This document shows positions 50,207 through 63,016 of a DNA stretch of 64,000 nt, in pieces; position 1 is the stretch's first letter, and each line of letters starts with the position of its first letter. The notes below the pieces were generated by a model. The model was given only the letters and a program-made list of their open reading frames with translations. It was not told where the DNA came from and ran no database searches. This DNA comes from Sminthopsis crassicaudata (Eukaryota), in contig NC_133622.1 of the NCBI RefSeq assembly GCF_048593235.1, positions 95,852,001 to 95,916,000 of the forward strand, written 5' to 3'. Position numbers and translations under genes: made by a program.

Positions 50207-51138
50207 ACTTTAATTTAATTTGATTATAAATGAAAGTAAAACAAATTCACTTATCTATTCTCATACCTACAAGTCACTCCATGAGAGATAAGAATCTCTC
50301 CTTCCCCATCCCTCCTTCTTTCTCTCACTCATTCTTCTGTGGTAGAAATTTCCTAAGGTTTTTTTTTTTTTTTAATTTATGCTAAACACTGACAAATTGT
50401 TCTCCAAGGAAAAGATCGGTGGAGGAGCAGAGACTTTCATGCTTTTTTCAGTCTGAGTCTAACCAATGGCTAGAATCATCACAGTTGTTGGTAATATTTT
50501 TAGCAAGCTTTGGGTGACTATTAATCTTGCATCCTTTCCCCCTGAGGCCAATTGCAGCCAAGCATTTGTTATTTCTCCCTCCTGGCCATCCTGATCGCCA
50601 GCCATCCTGACTCATCCTGGAAGTTCTATTCTAAATCACAGCTATTATCCTCTTATAATTTCTTCTGTTATGAGGGAAAGATGAACTAGCATGACCTCCA
50701 AGGAAGGTCTGAAGGGTATAAATGTCCTAGAAACTGTCTCATCTTGCTCTATTCTCTTAAAGAATCAAATACTTTGGAAATCCAGTCACTTACAAAGTCT
50801 TATCATTTCTGCCTCCTCAGAATCTCTTATCCACTCCCTTCTCTTCACTAATGCCAGATTCACCCCTTACCTTTACTCTTCTAGAAACCTCAGAATTGGT
50901 AGTGTGTGTATATGTATATGTGACTAATAACAACAAAGACAATAGAAGATTTTTTTTTTTTTATTGGCAGGGCCTGTTTTGATTTTGTAATTCTATCTTC
51001 AGTTCTTATCAGAGATTCTGGCATATAAGTGCTACTGAATGAATGCTGGTTGACTTATTGATTGATTCAGAAAAGCAGATACAATGAACAAAAATGTTCA
51101 CAGATTATATCAATAAAGAGAATATGGTGGGTCATATA

Positions 51139-51193
51139 TAGGGTGTCCCAAAAATCTCAGTGCAGTTTCACTAAACTTTTGGAACATCTTTTA
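51139..51193. mobile_element. Miniature Tc1/mariner-type MITE
   Basis: TA-flanked degenerate inverted repeat ggtgtcccaaaaatctcagtg / cactaaacttttggaacatc with a 6-nt spacer. Confidence 0.55.
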
Positions 51194-53849
51194 CAGATGA
51201 AGAACAATACCTATGATATATGTATTTCAGACTTGCATAGATCAAATATGATCTTGTATGTGAAGGACCCCATAATTGTAAAACTTCAAATAAATATTGG
51301 CTGTTCAATAGATAACTTTTGCTTTAAAAAGATTACTCCAGAATCATTTTATGCTTAGTAGGGAGAATGGAGACAATTAGGACTAGGTTGGCACTTTGTA
51401 ACTCAGGGATGAAATTGTGATGACATGAGGGCCAAACTCTCCATAAAACACTCTTTAGAACCTTAGGATAAAGGCACAAGGTTAGAAGTTGGAGTCTGGT
51501 AGACAATGTATAGCTCTACAGTTCTAGCCTTGAATGCTATAAATCTGTCCTCCTTCACAAGCACCAAATTTATTTTAAAGCAAAGATGGAGCAAACATAT
51601 TGGAAGACATTTGGTGTCCAGAAGGGATAAATGAGAGCTCAGGTCTTAGCTACTGTATTTCATCCCTAAGCTACTTCTCAAGACATTGTAAGCTAGCAAT
51701 TGCCATTTCTTCTGATATTTAAAATGAAATATAACTAGTCCAGCTTGAAATTATAAAAAGTGATGAAAATAATTTTACTAACTGTAAAATGTTCCTTAAT
51801 ATTTTCTATAGTCCCATTCAGTTTAAAAATGGAAATCTGACAGTATGGTCAATAAATGTCACATGAGTCATTAAATGGTTTAAAAAACCCACATACACAC
51901 ATATATCTCACATTAAATATACACACATAATGCATACATATAATTATAGGCACATATATTTAAATAATAAATACATGAATAGACACATGCATATATGTAA
52001 CATGATTGTATCCATAAATTCATATTACATATATTACATACAGATACTGTATGTTTGTGTAATTCACTTATACATATATAAGAAATACAATACTTTTACA
52101 TATATGTATACCTATAATACATATCCATGTAATGCATAGATATAAACAGATTATAATGTGATTTATTATTTTATTCATGTGGGCACCTCCTCATTATATC
52201 GTATCTTAATCCTGCTGCATTTTAGCAGATAATTTTAATTACTTGTGGCAAAAAAATTATTACCTGGCAATATGATGGTTATGAATTTCATCACACAAAG
52301 TTGATAAGGTGGTCATTGTGTGCCCAAATTCTTTATATATAAATCTTATTCTCTGTTTGCTGTTCAGTAAATCCCTTAAATTATTTGGTGGCTCAGATCC
52401 TTCTGCAAAATGATGTGGGTTGGGCCAAATTATTTCTAAGTTCCTTTTTTGACTTTAATGTTCTTGATTTTTTATATTATTAATTAGCTCTTTGTAAGAG
52501 AAAATCTCTTCATTAAGACCTTAAGCTCCTTGATTATATAGACTGTTTTTTCATTCTTTGTAGCCTCCTAAGTTTCTTGTGGAAAATATTGCACAGAATA
52601 AATGAAATATCAGTTGAATGAATTAGGGTATTCTTGTCTGTTTTCTATAAATTTGTACCCCAGTGTCTGAGAAGCAGCCATGCATTCTGAAGACTTAAGA
52701 AGTCTCATTATGATTGTTCTCAATTGTAAAATGAAGGGGTCCTCAAAGCTTTACTTGACAAATTGAGACAATGAATGATATGTAGTAAACAACTTTTATT
52801 CCCCTTATACATAAATACCAATGGAAATTAACAAAAAAAAGTCATTTATGGAAAAGATACATTATATCTTATTACCTCTCATTATCTTCAAACTGCCTTG
52901 CATTTATTTTGTATATTTATATATGTATATATATATGTATATATACATATATGTATATACACACACACACATATATATATATATACACACACAAATTTCT
53001 CTAATAATAATATGTGTGTTTATATAGCAGTTTAACATTTGTGAAACACTTGACAAATAATCTCATTTGATCCTTAGAGCAACCCTGAGAGGTAAGTAAC
53101 ATTTTCATCCCCATTATACAGATAGGAAACTGAAGTTAATAGAGATTATATAACTTGCTCAGAGTCACACATCACTAAATGTTTGAGGCAGTGTTTGAAA
53201 TAACCAACTCCTGGTCTAATGTTTGTTTACTCAGTCACTTAAGGTAGTCTTTTTGAGGGCAGGAGATAGTTCATTTTTGTCTTTGTATTCCCAGGGCATA
53301 GGTTAGTGCCTGGTAAATGGTAAGTGCTCAGTAAATGACTGATGATCAATTAAGAAGAGACAATGTGATTTTCTTAAAGGCTAAGTTTCTTTCTCTCTTT
53401 GTTCAGAGGCAGGGTCATAGCCAATGAGCCTTATCTAAGATTCTAATATTGCTAATTAAAAACAAAGCCTAGGTCATGAAGTTGTATTTGTTTGCCTTCT
53501 AAATATACATCTCCCTTTCTTAGATTGTAAATTCTCTTAGGAGAAGAATCATAATTATCCCAGTATCTTCCCTAGCATCTAATCCAGTACTTTGTGCATA
53601 AAGTATGTTTGTTCTTAATTATTATTATCTTAGTAATTAAAATTATGGAGATTATAATCACACACATGTATATAGTGCTTGAAACTTTATTCCCAATGTA
53701 AAAATGCAGAAAATGCATATCATAGAGGTGAAGTGATTATACCAAGAATCACAAGTCATTGTGATTAATCATTACTTTAGTTCTTGAATTTAAACTAGTC
53801 TTTTGATAGTTAGTATTTGAAAAGACTGTCACGTGGATGATTTGTCCTC

Positions 53850-54010
53850 AAAAGGCTGGGGTAGGAGCAATGAGATAGATTTAGGCTTCATGTCAGGAAA
53901 AAAAGAACAAAACAAAACAAAACAAAAACACTGAACAACTGCAATTGGAAGGAGCTGCTTTGGGAGAAAGTGGGATCCATTAACTCAGAAAGGAAAAGTT
54001 GGCTGACTCT
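53850..54010 (+). mobile_element. CR1/L3 fragment
   Basis: gatagatttaggcttcatgtcaggaaaa...tggaaggagctgctttgggagaaagtgggatcc (~RFRLDIRKN...WNGLP.EVV). Confidence 0.65.
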
Positions 54011-54949
54011 TTGCCAAGTGATTTGTAGTTAGGATTCCTTTTTGGATTTCTGTTGGACTTGATGACTACTGAGGGTTCTTGAAGTTTTATTATCTCTGGC
54101 AAGCCTAATGATGATCCCATTGTTCTCTGCTGGTTTATAAATAAATGAATGAAGCAATGATATATAGAATTTTGATCATTGGATTTAATGTCAAAAGACC
54201 TGAATTGAAATGCTATCACTTGGTGAGCATGCTCTACCTCCTTGGCATTTTAATTTTTTTTGGCAAAATGAGGAGGATGGACTAAAACATTTCCAAGTTC
54301 CCTCCAAGCTCTCAATACTATCATCCTATGAAGCAATAAACACCCGGATTAATAACTAAATAAGCTAATTTTAACACACATGTATACATACATTCATACA
54401 TATACACACATATATGTATATGTTACAGACACACATACATATATATACACAAAGGAGGCAGTATAGTGGGTAGAAAAAGTAGGTAGAAAATTGTGTTTGG
54501 AATTGGGAAGCCCCAGACCCAAATTTTTCTTCTAACATGCTGATGGGATGATTCTGGGGTTAGTCACTTAACTTTTCATTGTCTTCAGTCAATTCCATAA
54601 ATCCAAAAGTTGCAAAGAAGGTGCTAGTAGGATTGGTAAAGAGGAATTTCCTTGTTAGAAGTTTCCTGGACTGATGAAACAAAGGCTCTATTAAAATTGT
54701 ATAAATTTATATTTTCTCTTCCTTCTCCTCTTTCTCCTCCTCCTTTTCTTCTTTTTTTTAAGGAGTCAAAGATAACACNNNNNNNNNNNNNNNNNNNNNN
54801 NNNNNNNNNNNNNNNNNNNNNNNNNNNNNNNNNNNNNNNNNNNNNNNNNNNNNNNNNNNNNNNNNNNNNNNNNNNNNNNNNNNNNNNNNNNNNNNNNNNN
54901 NNNNNNNNNNNNNNNNNNNNNNNTGCTAAGTTCTAATTTTTTGCTTTCA

Positions 54950-56095
54950 AGATAGTATGTTCTGGAGAGAGGTATAGCCACAATTTTCTTCCTTTGTTTT
55001 CATTGCTTTACTTAAGTTTCTTCTATTACTCTTGTTATATTTTGAAAATCTTTTTTTTTGTTTTTCCAAAAATTCTTCTTGGATTCCTATCCAATTCACA
55101 TTTTTTTTCTTGGAAGCTTTATTTAGAGCTATTTTGACTTCATTGTTTTCTTCTCAGTTGTTTGTGTCTTGATCTTTCCTGTCACACATCAGTGTTTTAT
55201 AGTCAGGTTCTTTTTTATTGTTTGTTCATTTTTTCCCTTTCTTGATTTGGAGCTTTATGGTAATGTTAGGCTCTGTTCTCAGTGTAGGGGTTGTGAGAAG
55301 CTCTGATTCTAGCTTCAGACTTTTCCACACTGCTGTTCTCATATCTATATCTGGGACTTTGGAAGTGTTCAATGCTTTTGAGTTAGTATGTTCTGGGGGC
55401 AGAGGGAGTCACAACTTTTTTGATGTTTACTGCACCTTTTCCAGGAAGGGCCTCTCATTTCTTGGGATTGCAATCAATCTTCTCCTTAAAGTCGCCCCTC
55501 CTTTGGGACTGGAAATGATATTGTTTCCCTGATCCCTTGGGACCAGAAGTGTTACTGCCTCTCAAGGTTTCCATTCCCTCTTAACCAAAAATAGTCCTCT
55601 CTGCCCTGAACTATGATTAAGAAATGGGTATAAACAACAGAATTATGAAACACTTGCTTTTCAGGGCTCCCACTCCCTCTTGATTGACAGTATTCCTTTC
55701 TGCCCTTGAACTAGGTCTCAGAAGGAGCTATAGGTAATGGAGTTGCCAAGCAGTTTTTGTTCCTGCATCCAGTAATGGTCCCTAGTAATCTCTTTCTATC
55801 TGGTCTCCTGACTACATCTAGCTTAAGAGCTCCCAAAGCTGCTGCTGCTTCTGTTAATAATGTCTACTGCTACCACAGGTGTTTCATCCACTTGGGTTCC
55901 AGGTCATCCTCCTCCCTCATCCTAGGGATCTCTCTTTCAAAATTCTTTATTGTCTCGAACTGAAAGAATATATCATTCTGATCTTTCCTTGGCTCTGCCA
56001 CTGCAGAATTCTATTTGAGGCATTATTTTAAAGTTGAAACAGAATGTTGGAAGAGTTCGACTGAGTGATTTTCTACGTTATCATCATTGGAAATC
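54950..56095 (-). mobile_element. L1 5'UTR and ORF1 start (marsupial)
   Basis: Internal repeats ctctgccctgaactatga / ttctgcccttgaactagg; ends at atcattggaaatcagaag; resembles recalled marsupial L1 5' ends. Confidence 0.7.
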
Positions 56096-56129
56096 AGAAG
56101 ATGACTTTGTGTGCGAGTTGCAGTGATCA

Positions 56130-56690
56130 AAAAAAAAAAAAAAGTATCCTAGGCTCACAACCTTGGAGTTATCCTTGACTCATCATTATCTCTCATCTTC
56201 CAAATTAAATCAACTTCAATTCAAATAGAACCTCTTTTCTCCTTTTATATTGTCACTATCCTTGTCCAACAGGCTCTCTGTCCTCATGCTCGGACTATTT
56301 GCAATAGCCTTATGGTTTGTATACCTGCCACAAATCACTCTGCCATCAGTGTAATTTCCTAAAGAGCTATTCCGGCCATATGACCTACTTCCCTCTGCCC
56401 AGGAACTCCAATTGTTACTTAACAATTCCAGGACCAAATACAAAATTCGTTGTTAACCTTCAAAGCCTTTCATGACCTAGCTTCCACCTTTTCAGGCTTC
56501 TAGCATTGTTCATACTTTTTGATCCAGGGACATGGATCTCCATGCTGCTCTCTCAGCAAGACACTCCATCTGTTGTTCCTAGCTGTTTCCTCTGAGGGCC
56601 CTCCATATTGGAATGTTCCCCTTGCTTAACTCATCTTCTAATTTCCTTGGTTCCTTTAACTCCAGCGGAAATCTCACCTTCTCTAGTAAA
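56130..56690 (+). mobile_element. L2 3' fragment
   Basis: ccttggagttatccttgactcatc...ggactatttgcaatagcc...caaagcctttcatgacctagcttccacc. Confidence 0.85.
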
Positions 56691-57329
56691 ATATATAAAT
56701 AAATATATGCAANNNNNNNNNNNNNNNNNNNNNNNNNNNNNNNNNNNNNNNNNNNNNNNNNNNNNNNNNNNNNNNNNNNNNNNNNNNNNNNNNNNNNNNN
56801 NNNNNNNNNNNNNNNNNNNNNNNNNNNNNNNNNNNNNNNNNNNNNNNNNNNNNNNNNNNNNNNNNNNNNNNNNNNNNNNNNNNNNNNNNNNNNNNNNNNN
56901 NNNNNNNNNNNNNNNNNNNNNNNNNNNNNNNNNNNNNNNNNNNNNNNNNNNNNNNNNNNNNNNNNNNNNNNNNNNNNNNNNNNNNNNNNNNNNNNNNNNN
57001 NNNNNNNNNNNNNNNNNNNNNNNNNNNNNNNNNNNNNNNNNNNNNNNNNNNNAGAGCGAGTAACCATTTATCATAGGATTGAGGGGAGTTTTGCCAGTTG
57101 TATACAAGCCCTGGAAATTTCCACCAAGCTGAAAAGACCTTTGAAAATGAGCCCATGATATGTCTGCCTGCCATCTGAAGACCTGCCAAGGAAAGCTTTA
57201 AAAAGATCCGTCTATAGAAATTGTCCATCAGGATATACATATATGTGTGTGTGTGTGAGCATGTGTACACTCCATTAGTAATCAGAATTTATCTTGTCCA
57301 ACAGAGGAGTTGGAAAAATGTAGGACAAA

Positions 57330-60300
57330 AAAAAGAAGAGAGAATGACAAAATTGAGGGCAAATAAAAGAAAATAGTAGTCAAAAGTAAAAAAAGACTTT
57401 ACAAGAAAGACAATAAAAGAGAGGAGAAGGATAAAAAGAAGAACATAGAACTGAGGGAAAAGGACAGTTAGTAATCATAACTATAAATAGAGTGAACCCA
57501 CTCATAAAATGGAAGCAGACTGTAGAATAGATTTAAAATTCAAACAACAATATGTTGTTTACAAGAAACATACTTGAAATAGAGGGAAACACACAGAGTT
57601 AAAATGAGGAACTAGAGCAGTCTATTATATTCCAGCTACAATGAAAAAAAACAAAAACAAAAACAAAACAAAACCAAAAAACTGATAAGGATTATGAGCT
57701 CAGGCAAAACAAAAGTAAAAATGTAACTGATTAAAAGAGAGAAGCAGGGAAATGACATCTTGCTAAAAGGAACCATAGAAAATGAAATAATATCAGTACT
57801 AAACATATGTACACCAAATAGTGTAACATCCAAATTCTTAAAGGAAAAGTCAAATGATTTGCAAAGGAAATAGACACTAAATTAGGGGGGAACCTTAAAT
57901 TTTCTTTCTCTAGAGCCGGATAAATGTAATTCTAAAATAAATAAGAAATAAGTCAAGGAGATTAATAGAATTTTGAAAAAGTTATCTGTGCTATACTTCT
58001 GGAGAAAAATGCATGTGAATAGAAAGGAGTTATACTTTTTTCCCCTCAACTGTATTTTGTACCTTCCCCAATATTGACAATATATTAAGACATAAAAATT
58101 TCACAATCAAATGCAGAAAGCAGAATTATTAAATGTACATTTTAGACCACAGTGCAACAAAAATGATATATAATAAGAGACTCAAAGTATTAGGCAATTG
58201 AAAACTGAATAATGTTAAAGAATGAGTAAATCAAAGAACAAATTATAGAAATTGGACACAAAACTAAAAACAAACCCTATAAAAATACAAATTAAAAATA
58301 ACCCAATTAAAACTAAAAAGGAAATCTTGAAAAATCAAAGGAGATAAATAAAATTGAAAGTAAAAAAATAAATAACTGAAGTGTTAAATTAAATTAGGAG
58401 CTGGCTTTAGGGAAAAAACAATAAAATAGATCAACCATGGGTTAAATTGATTTAAAAAAAAAAAAAGAAAAAAAAAACCAAAGTACTTGTGTCAAAAATG
58501 AAAAGGGCAAATGTACTACCAATGAAGATGAAATTAAAACAATTTTTACAGCCCAAGTGACATGGATGAATATTTACAAAAAAATATAAATTTCCCATAT
58601 AAATGTGAGGTAATGTTTGGTTGTTTCAGTCATATGAGTCTTTGTGATGCCTTTTGGGGTTTTCTTGCCAAAATACTAATTTGTTTGCCATTTCCTTCTT
58701 TAATTCATTTTACAGATGAGGAAACAGATTTAATTGACTTGCTGAGAATCAAACAGGCCAGATGTGAGCTCAGGAAGATGTCTTTCTGACTTTAGGCCTG
58801 GACCTATTCATTGCACCACATAGCTGCTCTCTCTTATAATGATAAGTAGCGTATTTCTAAAAACAACAGAAAGCATTTTGATAAAGGAAATAAACTTGAA
58901 GTATTCCAGGAAGGTCAGGCGTGAAGCAAAGTTGTCCATTATCACTACTATTTATATTGTACTACTATTTATATGGTACTAGAAATGCTAGCTAGAGTAG
59001 TAAGACAAGAAAAAGAAATTGAAAGAATAAAAATAGGCAATAAGGAAACAAAACTATCATTCTCTCTTTATTGATGATAAAATACTTATAGAATCCTAGA
59101 AGGCCAACTAAAAAGTAGTTGAAAAAATGAATAACTTCAGCAAAGTTGCAGGTTGTAAAATAAACTCACATAAATTATTAACATTTCTATGTATTACCAA
59201 CAAGATCCAGCAAGAAAAAATAAAAAGAAAAATTCCATTTAAAATAATTGTGGAATCTACCTGCCAAGAGAAATCTAGGGATTATATGAATATAATTACA
59301 AAAACCTTTATATACAAATAAGGACAGATCTAAAGAATTGTAGAAATATCAGTTGCTTATAGGAAGGCCAAGTCAATGTAATAAAAATGACAATATTACC
59401 TAAATTAATTTACTTATTCAATGACCCACCAATAAAAAGACCTCAGAATTATTTTATAGCACTATAAAAATAATAACAGAATTAATCAGGAACAACAAAA
59501 GGTCAAGAATATCAAGGGAATCAAGTTTTAAAATTGTGAAAAAAATGGCTTTGTAGTTCCCAAATTTTGAACTAAATTGAAAACTATCAGTGGAATAGCT
59601 ATAAAGTATATATGCATATATATACATATATATATATATATATACATATATATATAAATAGTAAATGATTATCAAGATTTATAAGTGAGAACGTAATAGT
59701 TGACAAATCTGCTTGTAAAATTGAAAAAAGTTTGGCAGAAACTATGTATAAATCAAAATTGTACATGACTTGGACATAATGATTTAAGTAAATTAGGAGA
59801 TCATGGTATATTTTACCTGTCATAGCTATGGATAATGGAAGACTATCACCAAGCAAGAGATAGAGGGAATTATGGGGAGTAGAATAGATAATTATAATTA
59901 TGTGAAATGAAGAAGTTTTTGCACAAATAAAATCCATGCAGTCAAAATTAAAAGAAAAACAGAAAACTGGGGGATTTTCTTTTTGCAGAAAGTTTCTCTG
60001 ATAAAGGCATCATTTCTCAAATATGTAGGGAACTGAGCCAAATTCATAAAAATAAGAGCTCTTCCCCAGCTGATAAATGTTCAAAAGATTTTCAGTAGAA
60101 AAATAAAAAATATATATATATATAATCATATGAACAAATGCTGTAAATCACTTTTCATTTAGAACCGATTGGAGAAATGGAGATACTAAATGACAACTAT
60201 CAGATTGACTAACAAGACCAAAAAAGAAAATGATAAATGTTAGAAGGGTTATAGAAAAATTGGAACACTATTGTATTGTTGGTAGAGTTGTAAACTAGGC

Positions 60301-60965
60301 CAATCATTCTGGAGAACAATTTGGAACTATGCCTGAAGGGCTGTAAAACTGCATTGCCTTTTATCCATTAATACCACTACTATAGGTCTGTTTCCCAAAG
60401 AGATTTAAAAACAGGGAAAAGAATCAATTTGTAAAATAATAATAATAATAATTCTTTCTGTAATGGGATAGAATTGGATATCCAAGGGATATCCATCAGT
60501 TGGGGAATAGCTGAACAAACTGTGGTATTTGATGCAATGCAATGCAAATCTGCTGTTTTATAAGAAACAATGAAAATGGTATGTCAGAAGAACCTAGGCA
60601 GACTTATAAGATCTCATGCAAAGCAAAGTGAGCAGAACCAGAAGACTGTACTTAGTAATAGCAATGATATTAGGATACTCTGATCAAGACAATGATCGGA
60701 GTCATTTCCAAAGGAGAATAATCTCTGCAGAATAATAGAGCATACTTTTAAATTTTTTTCTTATTTTTATTGTTTTATTTGTGTATGTATTTTCTTTTGC
60801 AACATGACTAATGGAAATGTTTTCTATGACGACGTGTATTATAATTGAAATCAAAGTGCTCGCCAACTCAAATGGGAAAGGAGAAAGGGAGAAAGAGGAT
60901 TTGAAAATCAAAAAAAAATTTTAAAAGAATGCTAAAAATTTTTACAGTAATTGGACAATAATTAA
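57330..60965 (+). mobile_element. Decayed L1 ORF2 and 3'UTR (~3.6 kb, internally deleted)
   Basis: Endonuclease VLNICTPN; RT LEMLARVVRQEKEIERIKIGNKETKLS and NNFSKVAGCKINSHK; C-terminal and 3'UTR motifs; many stops and frameshifts. Confidence 0.93.
58606..58830 (-). mobile_element. Mar1-type SINE inserted in L1
   Basis: gttgtttcagtcatatgagtctttgtgatgccttttggggttttcttgccaaaatact...tttacagatgaggaaac. Confidence 0.85.
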
Positions 60966-61874
60966 CAACATATGAAATAATTTTAAAAAGTCATCTTTTA
61001 AGTGAACAAGAGGGTGTTCTGTGTTGGTGGAAGATATATCCAGACTGGTGGAATTATAAATCCTTGTAATATTGAAATATATATGTGCACTAGTAGAATA
61101 TCCACATGTACTCTAAATCCCATTTACACCAAAAAGCTAAATTATTTATCTGTCCGTTGTGGTTATCTATCTCTTTATTAAGAGAAGAACAAATAGCCCA
61201 TTAGTACTATATTTGCCAGAGAAAAACATACATGAACATATATCATAAAAATTACTGGTGCTCTGCCACCCTTCTGTACAGATACTCCAGTGGGTCTTGA
61301 ACCTTCCTATGGAGCTAATGAGCCAGGCTTACTCTGTAGCTTAGGACTGATGAATAGACTGACTTCAGTGGAATATTTACCTTTTTATTATCCATATTCC
61401 CCCCCTAAATTATCTCTGCAATACCCAGGACATGCTTTTTAAAGACATTTCTGTGATTTGAGATTATTGCACTGCTGGCTCTGAGATGTTGCTTCCCAAA
61501 GAGGGTCACAGAATGAACAGCCTTTGTGCATGGGGAACACCTAATAAGTTATAATATGCTAATGAGTTTTAATATAGTTCAGTATTGTGTTTATAATCTC
61601 AGACTTTATTGTAAATGTCAAAAGAATTTGGAGCTTCATTTATCCCCAGTAGTGGAAAATTAATAAAGACCATAGGAGCTATTACTACAGATAGCTATTT
61701 CTGTACAAGCAAGGGATTCTTTTCTTATTTGACCTGAAGAATGAAAGCCAGAAATAAAGACAATAGCCAGGATTTTCATTTGAGTATGACTTTTTGTGCT
61801 TCCCTAAAAATGAATGGATTTCCTAAGTATATATTATTTTGTAATCATCTTTTCCTTTTGAACCATAAAACATT

Positions 61875-62030
61875 CAAATTAGAAGGGACTTTAGAGATCA
61901 TTTAGTTTTGCTCTTTTATTTTACAGATGAGGAAACTGAGATATGTAAAGAAGTGACATAGAGATTGCAGAGTTAATCAGGGATAGACCTATTTTAGACT
62001 CTTGCCTATTGGTTCCCACTCCACTGTACT
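61875..62030 (-). mobile_element. MIR3-type SINE
   Basis: ttagaagggactttagagatcatttag...ttttacagatgaggaaactgag. Confidence 0.8.
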
Positions 62031-62033
62031 TTT

Positions 62034-62455
62034 TAAAAAATTTATTGATTTTATAATTATAATTTTTTTGACAGTACACATGCATGGATAATTTTTTTTT
62101 TACAACATTATTCCTTGCATTCACTTTTCCAAATTTCCCCCTCCCTCCTTCTACTCCCTCCCCTCGATGACAGGCAATCCCATACATATTAAATGTGTTC
62201 CAGTATATCCTAGATACAATATATGTGTGTAAAACCAAATTTCTTGTTGCACGTTAAGTATTAGATTCCAAAGGTATAAGTAACCTGGGTAGAAAGACAA
62301 TAATGCAAACATTTTATACTCAATTCCGAGTGTTCCTTCTCTGGTTGTTTCTTTCCATCATTGATCAACTGGAACTGAATTAGATCTTCTTTATGTTGAA
62401 GATATCCACTTCAATTAGAATATATCTTCATACAATATCGTTGTTGAAGTGTGTA
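62034..62455 (-). mobile_element. Young dasyurid-type L1 3' end with 14-bp TSD
   Basis: Perfect TSD tccactgtactttt (62020-62033 and 62456-62469). Confidence 0.93.
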
Positions 62456-62934
62456 TCCACTGTACTTTTCAATGTGCTTACTAGTTGTCATAGAAACAAG
62501 AAGGTTCTTCATAATATCTTATATATTTTAAAATAACAATTGTAGACAAAATGAAGAAAAGACATTATGGGTCTCCTTTTTATTGTTGCTGTTTAAGAAC
62601 AAAATAATTTCTAAATAAGGTGAATGCTCAATTTCTTGCTATCACTTTGTCTCGTGGTACCTGACATCATAAACTTTTCAGATATTTCAGATTTTACTTT
62701 ACTATAAGTACATGAGACCAAATTTGGATCCATATCATTATGACTCGAAGTTAAATAACCTATTCACTATGCCATAAAATTGGCTTAAAAATAAATAGGT
62801 TAAATAAGAGTTAAAATAACAATATCTCTAAGAACATTGTCATATTTTCTATGTTAATTGAATAAGATGACCACAGATTCATATATGGAACCAGGATGGT
62901 TCTCACAGAATGTAGCTCTATCTATCAATCCATC

Positions 62935-63012
<78 letters not shown>
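62935..63012. repeat. (TA)n microsatellite
   Basis: Near-perfect TA run. Confidence 0.99.

Positions 63013-63016
<4 letters not shown>

Noticed and set aside
21327-57270. Long ORFs in the track (244, 260, 181, 195 aa and similar)
   Set aside because: They run through N gaps (X residues) and are artefacts
54950-60965. Idea that the minus L1 5' end and plus L1 ORF2 are one inverted full-length L1
   Set aside because: An older L2 and unique sequence lie between them, most of ORF1 is missing, and no shared TSD is visible
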